Below the pieces are notes generated by a model, which worked only from the letters and a program-made list of their open reading frames with translations, did not search any database and had not been told where the DNA came from. The position numbers and the translations under genes are program-made. Shown piece by piece: positions 10,083 to 22,169 of a stretch of DNA of 64,000 nucleotides. The DNA comes from an uncultured Candidatus Rokubacteria bacterium (lineage in GTDB: Bacteria; Methylomirabilota; Methylomirabilia; Rokubacteriales; DASRDR01). Within the stretch, counting starts at the first letter, position 1. Each line of letters starts with the position of its first letter. The stretch lies in the NCBI GenBank assembly GCA_963708025.1, contig CAVPSB010000010.1, forward strand, positions 164,455-228,454, read 5' to 3'.

Positions 10083-11243
10083 ATGGGGATGTGGATCGGT
10101 CGCGGCCGCAAAGCCCGGATCGCGTACGGGTTCGACGACATCGCCCTCGTCCCGGGGACCGTCACGGTCAACCCGAGCGAGGTTGACGTGTCCTGGGAAC
10201 TGAGCGGCCGGCGGATCGAGCTGCCGATCATCGCGGCGGCGATGGACGGGGTGGGGGATCCGCGCTTCGCGGTCGAGATGGGCCGGCTAGGCGGGCTGGC
10301 CGTGCTGAACCTCGAAGGCATCCAGACCCGGTACGAGAACCCCGAGGAGGTCGTCGAGCGGATCGTCTCCTCCAGCCAGGAGGAGGCCACGCGCATCATC
10401 CAGTCGATCTACGGGGAGCCGATCAAGGAAGAGCTGGTCCACCGCCGCGTGAGCGAGATCAAGAAAGGCGGCGGCGCCGTCGTCGTCTCCGTGATTCCCC
10501 AGCGTGCGATGCGGTTCGCCAAGCTCGCCGAGGAGGCGGGGGCCGATTTCTTCATCGTCCAGTCCACGGTCGCCACCGCCCGGCACCTCGCCACCGAGTA
10601 CGAGCCGCTGGATTTCCGGAAGCTCAAGCGCGAGCTGACGGTGCCGCTCATCGTCGGCAACTGCGTCACCTACGAGGCGACGCTCGAGTTGATGCAGACC
10701 GGCGTGGATGCCCTGCTGATCGGGGTCGGTCCCGGGGCGGCCTGCACGACCCGGGAGGTGCTGGGGCTGGGCGTGCCCCAGGTGACCGCGACCGCCGACT
10801 CGGCGGCGGCCCGTGACTTTTACTGGAAGCAGTCCGGCCGCTACGTCCCGATCATCACCGATGGCGGCATGACCACCGGCGGCGACATCTGCAAGGCCCT
10901 GGCGGCCGGCGCCGATGCCGTGATGATCGGCTCGGCGTTCGCCCGGGCGCTGGAGGCGCCGGGGCGCGGCTATCACTGGGGCATGGCCACGCCGCACTCC
11001 AACCTGCCGCGGGGGACCCGGATCCGGGTGGGCGTGGTGGGGCCGCTCGAGCAGATCCTGTTCGGGCCGGCCTTCACCGACGACGGCACCATGAACCTGA
11101 TCGGGGCGCTCCGGACCTGCATGGGGTCGGTCGGGGCGCGCACGATCCGGGAGTTCCAGCTCACCGAGCTGATCCTCGCCCCCACGATCAAGACCGAGGG
11201 CAAGGTGTTCCAGAAGGCGCAGCGCATCGGCATGGGCAAATAG
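10083..11243 (+). CDS. guaB: GuaB3-family IMP dehydrogenase (CBS-less)
   Basis: [18 protein letters not shown], catalytic [29 protein letters not shown]; adjacent to guaA. Confidence 0.88.
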   Translation: MGMWIGRGRKARIAYGFDDIALVPGTVTVNPSEVDVSWELSGRRIELPIIAAAMDGVGDPRFAVEMGRLGGLAVLNLEGIQTRYENPEEVVERIVSSSQEEATRIIQSIYGEPIKEELVHRRVSEIKKGGGAVVVSVIPQRAMRFAKLAEEAGADFFIVQSTVATARHLATEYEPLDFRKLKRELTVPLIVGNCVTYEATLELMQTGVDALLIGVGPGAACTTREVLGLGVPQVTATADSAAARDFYWKQSGRYVPIITDGGMTTGGDICKALAAGADAVMIGSAFARALEAPGRGYHWGMATPHSNLPRGTRIRVGVVGPLEQILFGPAFTDDGTMNLIGALRTCMGSVGARTIREFQLTELILAPTIKTEGKVFQKAQRIGMGK

Positions 11244-11291
11244 GAGGCGCGGCGGGCTCCGCGGCCGGGCCCATCGAAATGGAGATCCGGG

Positions 11292-12830
11292 ATGGATAAG
11301 GTCGCGGTCGTCGACTACGGGTCCCAGTACACCCAGCTCATCGCGCGCCGGATCCGCGAGGCGCACGTCTACTCCGAGATCTTCCCCCCCACCGTCCCTC
11401 TCGAGCGGCTCCGCCAGTACCAGGCGGTCGTGCTCTCCGGCGGACCGGCCAGCGTCTACGACGACGGCGCGCCGCTCCCGCCCCCCGCGCTGTTCGAGGC
11501 CGGCCTCCCCGTCCTCGGCATCTGCTACGGCATGCAGGCCATGGCCCGCGTGCTGGGGGGCGTCGTCGAGCCCACCCCCCATCGCGAGTACGGGCGGGCC
11601 GAGGTCCGGCTCGAAGCGCCCGACCCCCTGTTCGAGGGCGTCGCGCCGGACGCGGCGGGGGGCCTCACCGTCTGGATGAGCCACGGCGACACGGTGCTGG
11701 CGGCGCCACCGGGATTCACGCGGCTCGCCAGCACGGCGAACAGCCCGGTGGCCGCGATGGCGCACCCCCGGCGCCGGCTGCTCGCGGTCCAGTTCCATCC
11801 CGAGGTGGCGCACACGCCGCAGGGCCCCCGCATCCTCCGGAACTTCCTCTTCCGGGTCGCCGGGCTCACCCCGGGCTGGAGCATGGCTTCCTTCGTGGAC
11901 GAGGCGGTGGCCCAGATCCGGCGCCAGGTCGGGGACGAGCGTGTGCTCTGCGCGCTGTCCGGTGGCGTCGACTCCGCGGTGGCGGCCGCGCTCGTGCACC
12001 GGGCGGTGGGCGATCGGCTCACCTGCGTCTTCGTGGACAACGGGCTCCTGCGCAAGGGCGAGGGGGAGTCGGTCCGCCGTACCTTCCGCGAGCACTTCCG
12101 GATGAACCTGGTCTACGTGGACGCCGCCGGCCGCTTTCTCGAGCGGCTCCACGGCGTCACCGACCCCGAGCAGAAGCGCAAGCTGATCGGGGCCGAGTTC
12201 ATCGCCGTCTTCCAGGGCGAAGCCCGGCGCCTCGGCACCGTTCCGTTCCTGGTCCAGGGCACCCTCTATCCCGACGTGATCGAGTCCGTCTCCTTCCGGG
12301 GGCCGTCGGCGACGATCAAGACCCACCACAACGTCGGCGGCCTGCCCGCGGACCTCGGCTTCACGCTGGTGGAGCCGTTGCGGGAGCTGTTCAAGGACGA
12401 GGTCCGGGAGGTCGGGAGCCTCCTCGGCCTGCCGCGGGAGGTCGTGTGGCGCCAGCCGTTCCCGGGGCCGGGGCTAGCGGTCCGGATCCTCGGCGAGGTG
12501 ACGGAAGATCGGCTGGCCCTCGTCCGCGACGCCGACGCCATCGTTCAGGAGGAGATCGACGCGGCCGGGCTGGGGCGCGAGCTGTGGCAGGCCTTCGCCG
12601 TGCTGCTCCCGGTGCGGACCGTCGGCGTCATGGGCGACTTCCGCACGTATGCCCAGGTCATCGCGCTCCGGGCGGTGGTGAGCCAGGACGCGATGACGGC
12701 CGACTGGGCCCGGCTGCCCTACGAACTGCTGGCGGCGATCTCCACCCGGATCATCAACGAGGTCAAGGGGGTCAATCGGGTCGTCTACGACGTCTCGTCG
12801 AAGCCGCCCAGCACGATCGAGTGGGAGTAG
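11292..12830 (+). CDS. guaA: GMP synthase (glutamine-hydrolysing)
   Basis: [51 protein letters not shown]. Confidence 0.97.
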   Translation: MDKVAVVDYGSQYTQLIARRIREAHVYSEIFPPTVPLERLRQYQAVVLSGGPASVYDDGAPLPPPALFEAGLPVLGICYGMQAMARVLGGVVEPTPHREYGRAEVRLEAPDPLFEGVAPDAAGGLTVWMSHGDTVLAAPPGFTRLASTANSPVAAMAHPRRRLLAVQFHPEVAHTPQGPRILRNFLFRVAGLTPGWSMASFVDEAVAQIRRQVGDERVLCALSGGVDSAVAAALVHRAVGDRLTCVFVDNGLLRKGEGESVRRTFREHFRMNLVYVDAAGRFLERLHGVTDPEQKRKLIGAEFIAVFQGEARRLGTVPFLVQGTLYPDVIESVSFRGPSATIKTHHNVGGLPADLGFTLVEPLRELFKDEVREVGSLLGLPREVVWRQPFPGPGLAVRILGEVTEDRLALVRDADAIVQEEIDAAGLGRELWQAFAVLLPVRTVGVMGDFRTYAQVIALRAVVSQDAMTADWARLPYELLAAISTRIINEVKGVNRVVYDVSSKPPSTIEWE

Positions 12831-12857
12831 GGGGTCCGTTCGGAGGGAGGACGGCTG

Positions 12858-13830
12858 ATGAGTAAGCTCGTCTTCGCGGCGGTCGTGCTCGTGGTCGGGC
12901 TCGGGCTGTACGGCGCGCTCCGGCGCCAGGCTGACCGGCTGCCGGCCGGCCTCCGCTCGCTCGGTCCGGGGCTGGTCCTGGTGCTCGCGATCGGGATCCC
13001 GGCCGCCATCCTGGCCTTCTCAGTGTTACGAATCATCCCGGCCGGCCAGGTCGGCGTGAAGGTCCTGTTCGGCCAGGTCGAAACCGTCCCCCTCCGGGAG
13101 GGGCTCAACCTGCTGTGGAACCCCCTCTACGACATCGTCACCATGGACACCCGGGTCGGCCGCCACACGGCGAAGTACGACGCCGCCTCGAAGGACCTCC
13201 AGGCGGTTCACGTGGAGATGGTGCTCAACTACCGCCTCATTCCCGAGCGGGCGCCCGAGGTCTATCGCGGCATCGGGCTCGGTTACTCGTCGGTCATCAT
13301 CGACCCGGCGGCCCAGGAGGTGCTGAAGGCCAACACGGCCATCCATAACGCCGCCGAGATCCTGCTCAAGCGGCCGGCGATCAAGGCCGACATCCAGCGG
13401 GACCTGACGGTCTGGCTCGCCAAGTACGGCATCGAGTTGAAGGAGGCCGCCCTCGCCAACATCCGATTCGACCCCAATTACGAGAAGCGCGATCGAGGCC
13501 AAGCAGATCGAGGAGCAGAAGGCCGAGCAGAAGCGCTACGAGCTGATCCAGGCCCAGCGCCAGGCCGAGATCGTGGCGGCCGAGGCCAAGGGCAAGGGGG
13601 ACGCCGCGCGCGAGGAGGCCCGGGGCGTGGCCGAGGCCCTCCGGCTCAAGGGCGAGGCGGAGGCCACCTACAACGCGAAGGTCTCCTCGTCGCTGACCCC
13701 GGTCCTCATCCAGCAGCAGTACCTCGCGCGCTGGGACGGCCGGCTCCCGCAGTATAGCCTCGGCGGCAACGTCGTCCCGTTCCTCTCGATACCGGGGGGA
13801 CCGGGCGAGCCGCGTCGCCCGGGCTCGTGA
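12858..13830 (+). CDS. SPFH/prohibitin family protein; one frameshift near 13487 (probable sequencing indel)
   Basis: GQVGVKVLFG, ASKDLQ.V; after YEK one extra base shifts into AIEAKQIEEQKAEQ...AEAKG...WDGRLP, ending at TGA 13828-13830. Confidence 0.85.
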
Positions 13831-13953
13831 CGGTCCGGCGCGGCCGCGACGGCGCCGGGTCCGGACCACGGACCGCCTCGCGCCGCCACCTGGGGCGGAG
13901 CGCCTCGGTCACGACGCCGGCGAGGGAATGACGGGCGGGGAAGGAGGCGGCAC

Positions 13954-14463
13954 ATGGAAGGCCTCGGACGGTGGTTCGTCGGCATCGCGTTTCTTTGGGT
14001 GGCGATCATCCTGCTGTGGGGACTGGCGGTGGGCGTCGATCAGCCCTACGCCTGGTTCAAGTGGGCCAAGGATTCCAGCGGCTACGGCTGGATGAACCCG
14101 GTCTGGCTGGGCCTGGCCCTCTTCGTGGTGCCGATGGGCATGCTGGTGTTCCTGCGCGACATCATGGGGGATCCGGGGCCCTCCTGGGTCAAGTGGGCGG
14201 CGCCCGGGACCTTCCTGGCGGTCTACGCGTTCTTCCTCCTCAACGTCCTCCCGGACCAGGGCGGCTCGTCTCTTTACTTCGGGATCGAGTCGACGATCAA
14301 CCCGGCGGTCGCGACGCCGACGGCGGGGCTGGGCACCGTCAGCACGACGAGCTGGCTGGCGCGGGTGGGGCTCACCATCGCCGTCCTCGGCGGGGTGCCG
14401 GCAGTCATCGGCGCCGTTGTCGGGATGATGGGGGGCTCCAAATCTGGGGCCCGCCGCCGTTGA
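13954..14463 (+). CDS. Hypothetical membrane protein (about 4 TM)
   Basis: AAGGAGG RBS, GC3-rich codons, four hydrophobic segments. Confidence 0.7.
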   Translation: MEGLGRWFVGIAFLWVAIILLWGLAVGVDQPYAWFKWAKDSSGYGWMNPVWLGLALFVVPMGMLVFLRDIMGDPGPSWVKWAAPGTFLAVYAFFLLNVLPDQGGSSLYFGIESTINPAVATPTAGLGTVSTTSWLARVGLTIAVLGGVPAVIGAVVGMMGGSKSGARRR

Positions 14464-14464
14464 C

Positions 14465-14590
14465 CGTCGCGGGGCGACACCCGTCGCCGCGGGTCGTCCT
14501 CGGGCCGGGCCGGTCCTCGGCGTATGCGGCATACGCCTCCGGCCGGCCCGGCCCTGCGTCCTACCGCGGCTCGGGTCTCGCCCCGCGACG
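14465..14590. repeat. Long (~126 nt) imperfect palindrome, REPIN/MITE-like
   Basis: cgtcgcggggcga/tcgccccgcgacg outer arms, gccgcgg/ccgcggc, gggccgggccggtc/ggccggcccggccc and ggcgtatgc-g-gcatacgcc apex. Confidence 0.75.
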
Positions 14591-14682
14591 AGCGACTCGA
14601 GCCCCGACGCGCGACAGGGTAGACAGACGGACGCTTGGCACGGGCGTGTGGCCCTTGGAGCAGGTCAGAGGGGAGTAAGTCG

Positions 14683-17600
14683 GTGAGCGAGGGGAAGGCG
14701 CCGCGCGCGGACTTCGTCCATCTCCACGTGCACTCGGAGTACAGCCTGCTCGATGGGGCAGCCCATCTCAAGCGCCTCGTCGAGCGGGCGGCCCAGCTCG
14801 GCTTCCCGGCCCTCGCGCTGACGGACCACGGGAACCTCTTCGGGGCCATGGACTTCTACCAGCTCGCCCACGCCGCCGGTGTCAAGCCCATCCTCGGCGC
14901 CGAGCTCTACGTGGCGCCGGGGAGCCGGACGGACCGGGCGCCCCTCGACGGGCAGTACGAGGGCGCCAACCACGTGACGGTGCTGGTCCGGAACCTCGCC
15001 GGCTACCGGAACCTGATCAAGCTGGTCTCGAAGGGGTACCTGGAGGGCTTCTACTACAAGCCGCGGGTCGACAAGCCGCTCCTGGCCGAGCACGCCGACG
15101 GGCTCCTCGTCCTCTCCGGGTGTCTCAACTCCGAGATCTCGCGACTTCTGCTGGCCGGGGACCGGCGGAAGGCCCGGGACATCGCAGGCTGGTACCGCGA
15201 GGTCTTCGGGCGCGACCACTACTTCATGGAAGTGCAGGCCCACGGGCTGCCGGACCAGATCCGGGTGACGGAGGGCACGCTCGGGATCGCCGAGACCCTC
15301 GGCGTCGGCCTGGTCGGGACGAACGACTCGCACTACCTGGAGGCCGCCGACGCCCGCGCCCACGAGGTCCTGCTGTGCCTCCAGACCGGGGCCAAGCTCT
15401 CCGACCCGACCCGGTGGCGTTTCTCCACCGAGGAGTTCTACCTGAAGTCGGCCGAGGAGATGCGGAAGGTCTTCGCCGAGCTGCCCGAGGCCTACGCGAA
15501 CACGCTCGCCGTCGCCGAGCAGTGCGACCTCAAGCTCGCGTTCGGGCAGTTCCACCTGCCGCGATACGAGGTGCCCGCCGGGCACACCCTGGACAGCTAC
15601 CTGCGGGAGCTGGCGGAGGTCGGGCTCCGCCAGCGCTACCCGGAGGCAGCGCCTGATGTGCGCGAGCGGCTCGAGTACGAGTTGCGGGTCATCCGGGAGA
15701 TGCAGTTCTCGGGCTACTTCCTGGTCGTGTGGGACTTCATCAAGTACGCGAAGGACCGGGGGATCGCCGTGGGCCCCGGCCGGGGCTCGGCGGCGGCGTC
15801 GCTGGTGGCGTACTGCCTGGGGATCACGACGGTCGACCCGCTGCGCTACGGCCTGGTATTCGAGCGGTTCCTGAACCCCGGCCGCAAGTCGATGCCCGAC
15901 ATGGACATCGACTTCGCGGACGACCGCCGGGACGAGGTGATCCGCTACGTCGAGCAGAAATACGGGCGCGACCGGGTCGCCCAGATCATCACCTTCAACG
16001 TGCTCAAGGCCAAGGCGGTGATCCGGGACGTGGGGCGGGTCCTCGGGATGCCGTTCGGCGACGTCGACCGGATCGCCAAGCTGGTGCCGGAGACCCTGAA
16101 CATCACCCTCGACGAGGCCCTCCGGCAGTCGCCACCGCTGGCCGAGACGGTCAAGACCCGGCCCGAGGTCGGGGAGCTGTGGCAGATCGCCAAGCGGCTG
16201 GAGGGGCTCTCGCGCCACGCCGGCAAGCACGCTGCCGGCGTGGTGATCTCGGACGAGCCGCTGATCGAGCACGTCCCGCTCTACCGGGACCCGAAGGGCG
16301 AGGAGATCATCACCCAGTACCCGATGGGTCCGATCGAGAAGCTCGGGCTCCTGAAGATGGACTTTCTCGGGCTCCGCACCCTGACCGTGCTCGCCAACAC
16401 GGTCCAGCTCGTCGCGGAGAGCCGGGGCCTGCACCTGGATCTCGAGCGGCTGCCCTTCGACGACGCCCGGACCTACCAGCTCCTCTCCGAGGCCCGGACC
16501 TTCGGGGTGTTCCAGCTCGAATCGGCCGGGATGCGGGACGCGCTCCGCCAGCTCCGGCCGGAGCGCCTCGAGGACGTCATCGCCATGGTCGCCCTCTACC
16601 GGCCGGGGCCCATGCAGATGATTCCCGACTTCACGGCGCGCCGCCACGGTCGCGTCAAGCCCACCTATGAGCACCCGGTGATGGAAAAGCACCTGCAGGA
16701 GACCTACGGGATCATGGTCTACCAGGAGCAGGTGCTCCGGATCGCGTCGGACATGGCCGGCTTCTCGATGAGCGAGGCCGACGACCTGCGCAAGGCCATG
16801 GGCAAGAAGATCGCCGCGCTCATGGGCGAGCAGCGCGCGAAGTTCCTGGCCGGAGCCAAGACCCGTGGCGTCAAGGAGAAGGTGGCCCAGCGCGTGTTCG
16901 AGTTGATGGAGAAGTTCGCGGGCTACGGCTTCAACAAGGCCCACGCCTCGGCCTACGGGATCGTCGCCTACCAGACCGCGTACCTGAAGGCCAACTACCC
17001 GGTGGAGTTCATGGCCGCCCTCCTGACCTCCGAGATGGCCAACACCGACAAGGTGGTGGTGCACATCGAGGAGTGCCGGGCGATGGGCCTCGAGGTCCGG
17101 CCGCCCGACGTCAACGTCTCGGGCCTCCGCTTCGGGGTGACCGGCGGCACCATCCGCTTCGGGCTCGGCGCCATCAAGAACGTGGGGGAGAAGGCGATCG
17201 AGTCCATCGTGACTTCCCGTGAGCGGGAGGGGTCCTTCAGCTCGCTGGCCGACTTCTGCCGCCGGGTTGACCTCCAGCTCGTGAACCGCCGGGTCGTGGA
17301 GAGCCTCGTCAAGGCCGGCGCCTTCGACTCGCTGGGATTGGCTCGCGCCCAGCTCATCGCGGGGCTCGACGGCGCGCTCGAGGAGGGCCAGCGGAGCCAG
17401 CGGGAGCGCGAGCAGGGGCAGGCGTCGATCTTCGACCTGCTGGGGGGAGACGGCGCGGCGCCGCCGGTGGCGACGGCGCCGGCCGAGCCGCCGGTGCCGG
17501 AGTGGGACCTGGACACGCTCCTCCTGAACGAGAAGGAAGTCCTCGGCTTCTACCTCTCCGGCCATCCGCTGAAAGGCATCTGGGCCCAGGCCCAGCGGCT

Positions 17601-18134
17601 CGGCGCCATCGGCATCGCGGACCTGGCCAGCCGGGAGGACGGCGCCCGCGTCCTCCTGTGCGGCCTGGTCGCCGCCGTGCGAGAGATCAACACCAAGAAC
17701 GGCGACCGCATGGCCTTCGCGACCCTGGAGGACATGGACGGCGCCGTCGAGCTCACCGTCTTTCCCGAGACCTTCCGGCAGAGCGGCACCCACCTCAAGA
17801 GCGGGGTACCGCTCCTGGTGCGGGGCAAGGTCGAGGGGAGCGTGACCGCCCGGAAGCTCCTGGCCGAGGACATCCGGCCGCTGGGGGAGGCTGACAGCGC
17901 GGCGCCGCTCCCGTCGAGCTGCCGCATCCGGGTCGGCGGGCCGGCCGCCAGCGAGGCGCTCCGGAGTCTGCGGGCCCTCTGCGCCGCGCATGCCGGCCCC
18001 GTCCCCCTGTTCGTCCACGTCGAGGTCGACGGCGCCGAGGTCGTGGTCCGCTCGCGGGCCGTCACCGTCCGTCCCTCGGCCGCATTCGTGGCGGCGGTGG
18101 AGGGTCTCCTCGGGAGCCGGACCGTCCGGCTGGA

Positions 18135-18138
<4 letters not shown>
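14683..18138 (+). CDS. dnaE: DNA polymerase III alpha subunit
   Basis: PHP FVHLHVHSEYSLLDG, GPGRGSAA, PDMDIDF, HAAGVVI, LLKMDFLGL, YGFNKAH and OB fold; no intein seen. Confidence 0.97.
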
Positions 18139-19094
<956 letters not shown>

Positions 19095-19102
19095 AAGACT
19101 TC

Positions 19103-19162
19103 CGGGGGGTCTCGGAAGACCTCCCCGACGCCCCCCTCGGTTGCGGCGGCGAAGCCGCCGCA
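19103..19162. repeat. REP-like double-hairpin element, copy 2
   Basis: cggggggtctcggaagacctccccgacgcccccctcgg then tgcggcggcGAAgccgccgca; homologous to the reverse complement of 3248-3309; lies between convergent genes. Confidence 0.75.
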
Positions 19163-19238
19163 CGGACGCTCTGCACGGATCACCCCGCACTGACCGCGAG
19201 GCGCCGTTGCTCCAAACGGCCTGCCGCGGGCGGGCTCG

Positions 19239-20294
19239 TCAGGATCGGGCGGAGGGGCGGCCGTCCGGTCCGGCCGCGGCCAGCAGCGCCGTCGCCGTCT
19301 CCTCGTCGGTCACCAGCACGTTCGCGAACCGGCCGCGCATCGCGCCGAGGATGGCCTCCCGCTTGTCCGGCCCGCCGGCCACGGCGATCACCAGCTTCCC
19401 GTATTCGGCCGACAGCTCGCGAAGGCGGCCCGGGGGGACCCCGAGCACCCGCTGGGTCAGCGGCCGGAGCGCCGCCCGGTTGACGAGGACGCCCTGCCGG
19501 TCGTAGGGGTGATAGTTGATCTCGCCGACCACGCCCAGGGCCCGCAGCCGCCGCACGCTGACCCCGTGGAAGGCGGCCAGCGAGCAGAAGCCGGCGGTGG
19601 CCTCGCCGATGAGGCCGATGCCGACCAGGGCGATGTCCACGTCGTTGGCCCCCTCGTAGATCCGCCGGACCTCCCCCTTCCGGAGGAGGCGCCGCCGCTC
19701 GCGCTGGATCTCGGCCAGGGAGCCCAGGACCTGCACGGGCAGGGCGTAGGCCCGGACGTGGGGGCGATACTTGGCGGCCATCATGCCGACCAGCGTGTTG
19801 GGGAAGAGATCGACGAGTTGGAGCGTGCTCTCGGCCGAGAGGGGGTAGAGCGTGAGGTCGCGGAACCGTCGCTCGCGGAGCGCGCGGATCAGGCAGTAGA
19901 GGGTGTAGCCGCACGAGAGGCCGACCCGAACGCCGTCGGCGGCCACCTTCTCGAAGTAGCGGGCGGCCGCCACTCCCAGGTCCTCCTTCAGGTCCCGGGT
20001 CTCGCCGGTGGGGATCACCACGGCGTCCCGGAGCTGGAAGCGCTCGACCAGCGCCGCTTCCAGGCGCGGGCGCTTGGGCAGCTCGATCTCGACGCGGACC
20101 ACCCCCTCGGCGAAGGCCCGCTTGAGGAGCCGCGAGACCTTGGACGAGGACATGCCCAGCTCGCGCGCGATCTCGTTCTGGTGGCGCTGAGCCCGGTAGT
20201 AGAGCTGGACGCAGCGGACCATCTGTCGGAGCTCGTCCTGTCCGGCGCCCTCGCGTCCCGGCATCGCCGCCTCCCGGGTGTTCCCCTGGCTCAT
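19239..20294 (-). CDS. SorC/DeoR/CggR/LsrR-family sugar-phosphate-binding transcriptional regulator
   Basis: LYY...QNEIARELGMSSSKVSRLL HTH, GLSCGYTL, DIALVGIG, GVVGEI, IAVAGG.DK..AI, NVLVTDE. Confidence 0.92.
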   Translation of the reverse strand: MSQGNTREAAMPGREGAGQDELRQMVRCVQLYYRAQRHQNEIARELGMSSSKVSRLLKRAFAEGVVRVEIELPKRPRLEAALVERFQLRDAVVIPTGETRDLKEDLGVAAARYFEKVAADGVRVGLSCGYTLYCLIRALRERRFRDLTLYPLSAESTLQLVDLFPNTLVGMMAAKYRPHVRAYALPVQVLGSLAEIQRERRRLLRKGEVRRIYEGANDVDIALVGIGLIGEATAGFCSLAAFHGVSVRRLRALGVVGEINYHPYDRQGVLVNRAALRPLTQRVLGVPPGRLRELSAEYGKLVIAVAGGPDKREAILGAMRGRFANVLVTDEETATALLAAAGPDGRPSARS

Positions 20295-20355
20295 GCAAGA
20301 AATTGCACGGCCCGCCGTTTTTGGCTTGACACGTCAGATTCTAGCAGGCTAGGGT
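20294..20355. promoter_or_regulatory. Divergent promoter/operator region
   Basis: TTGACA 20326-20331 with TAGGGT 20350-20355; palindromes TGCAA-N4-TTGCA (20294-20307) and TGAC-AC-GTCA (20327-20336). Confidence 0.5.
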
Positions 20356-20436
20356 AAAACCATCACGATTTTCGTCCGGCGCCGGCGGGCCCAGATGCGC
20401 GGGCCGCCCCACCCCTTGCCAAGGAGGCTGACTGCA

Positions 20437-21918
20437 ATGGCGCAGAAACGGTACGGGTCCGGCGGGAGCGGGCGGCGCATTGCGCTCGTCGAGTACCACC
20501 AGTCGCGCGAGAACCTGAGCGAGTTCCCCCCCACCACCGCCGAGAAGATTCCCGTCACCAACACCCCGAACATCTTCTCCTACAAGTCCCACGTCTTCGC
20601 CCGGAAGCCCGAGCTGATCCAGCGCTTCGTCAAGGCCACCAAGGCCGACGTCGGCGGCGTCGGCGGCCACGTCGTCGCCGCGGAAGAGGTCAAGGGGGTG
20701 GTCGCCAAGTTCGTGCTCGAGAACAACGGCTACCACGGCGAGCCCATCTTCACCTCGCTCATGGTGACCCACACCGGAGACGACGTCGCGGTTACCGGGA
20801 TCATGTCCGAGCTGGTCCCGATGGAGGTCGTGGACGAGCTGTTGTGGGACGCGCTGTCGGAGGGCGCGACCAAGGCGTCCGAGCTCGGCCTCTACGGCCC
20901 GGGGCAGGACCTCATCGCGGACGCATTCACCGGTAACCTGCGCGGAACCGGGCCGGCCAGCATCGTGCTGCCCCTGCCGGTGCGGCCGGAGAACCCGTCC
21001 CAGACGGTCGTGGCGTCCTTCGCCGACAAGACCGAGCCGATGGCGTACAACTACTACGCCACCGGCGCCTATTTGTTGCCCCGCTTCAACACCGGGCTGG
21101 TGATCGCGTCATCGAAGATGAAGCGTGGCTACGTGTTCGAGATCGTGGACCTCGACACCAAGGCCCAGGCCATCGAGGCCGGCGCCCATCCCAAAGACCA
21201 GCGCGCCCTGGACGGTAAGATGGAGGAGCTGTCCAAGGGGCTGCAGGAGAAGGTGATCACGCTGCGGGCTCCCGAGGATCTCTACGACATCGAGGGCCTC
21301 ACGCGCTCCTCCCGGTTCGTGGTGGCGCGCATCTGGACCCGGGACGACGGCGACGAGAAGGGTCAGCTCGGGTACGTCGTCTCGGCGGAGCGGCTCCACA
21401 ACATCAAGAGCAAGAAGGGGTTCACTTACGGCGGCAAGGACGACCCGGTGCTCCTGGCCTTCGCCCAGGGCGACTGGCCAGCGCCCGGCGAGCTGACCTC
21501 GCCGTGGGCGGCCTGCCCGATGGTGGCCGGGGACTGCCGGGGGAGCCACAACCTCCACATCCTGCCGGTCCCGATCAACTGGCAGACCTCCTACTGGTCG
21601 GGCCCCATCGTCTCCTGTCTCACCCTGTCGGTGAACCTGAACGCCGGGCGGATCGGGGCGATCTCCGACCAGTTCGCCCTCGGGACCCCCTGGGACGGGA
21701 TCCGCCAGAAGGCCGGCGAGCTCGCCGTGCAGTTCCGCTCGGCCCACGGCATCAAGCAGCCGGCCACGCTCCACGAGGACGAACTGGAGTACCAGGAGGG
21801 CTGGAAGGAGCGGCGCGGCCGGCTGGAGAGCCAGTTCGAGCTGAAGCCGCCACTGGTCTGGAACGGCAACGGCAAGAAGGGACGCGAACGCGCGACCCGA
21901 CCGGCGGTGCGGACCTGA
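20437..21918 (+). CDS. Class V fructose-1,6-bisphosphate aldolase/phosphatase homolog, enlarged (493 aa)
   Basis: KADVGG.GGH, GDD, GLYGPGQDL..DAFTGN.RG.GP, ADKTEP, YGGKDDP, RGSH and ELEY motifs; AAGGAGG RBS. Confidence 0.88.
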   Translation: MAQKRYGSGGSGRRIALVEYHQSRENLSEFPPTTAEKIPVTNTPNIFSYKSHVFARKPELIQRFVKATKADVGGVGGHVVAAEEVKGVVAKFVLENNGYHGEPIFTSLMVTHTGDDVAVTGIMSELVPMEVVDELLWDALSEGATKASELGLYGPGQDLIADAFTGNLRGTGPASIVLPLPVRPENPSQTVVASFADKTEPMAYNYYATGAYLLPRFNTGLVIASSKMKRGYVFEIVDLDTKAQAIEAGAHPKDQRALDGKMEELSKGLQEKVITLRAPEDLYDIEGLTRSSRFVVARIWTRDDGDEKGQLGYVVSAERLHNIKSKKGFTYGGKDDPVLLAFAQGDWPAPGELTSPWAACPMVAGDCRGSHNLHILPVPINWQTSYWSGPIVSCLTLSVNLNAGRIGAISDQFALGTPWDGIRQKAGELAVQFRSAHGIKQPATLHEDELEYQEGWKERRGRLESQFELKPPLVWNGNGKKGRERATRPAVRT

Positions 21919-21945
21919 CCCGTCGAGCACCCCGCGGGGGCGACC

Positions 21946-21980
21946 GATTCCCCTGGCGCCGGGGGCGGGCCAGGGGAATC
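21946..21980 (+). terminator. Stem-loop after the FBPA/P gene (no U-tract)
   Basis: 12-bp perfect stem gattcccctggc/gccaggggaatc. Confidence 0.45.
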
Positions 21981-22012
21981 ACCCGTTCCCCGACCGTTGT
22001 CGGGCCGTTCGA

Positions 22013-22042
22013 TTGACAACGCTGGGGGCCGGATGGTAGTGT
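22013..22042 (+). promoter_or_regulatory. Sigma70-type promoter for the DUF151 operon
   Basis: TTGACA-18 nt-TAGTGT with TGn extension. Confidence 0.55.
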
Positions 22043-22169
22043 GAGGGCGTTACGCGAAACCGCTCGAATCCTATGCCAAATTCCGTACAGACGTGCGCGA
22101 GCACCGGGGATCCCGAATGGCGAGGGACATCGGCGCGCGGAGAGAGGTCACCGGGCCTAGGAGGGGACG

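Noticed and set aside
13480..13500. Programmed frameshift in the SPFH gene
   Set aside because: No slippery sequence; a single extra base is best explained as sequencing error
345..18018. Very long alternative-frame and antisense ORFs (e.g. 345-2567, 2747-5641, 14665-18018)
   Set aside because: Shadow ORFs expected at high GC; low-complexity Arg/Pro/Gly translations overlapping clear genes
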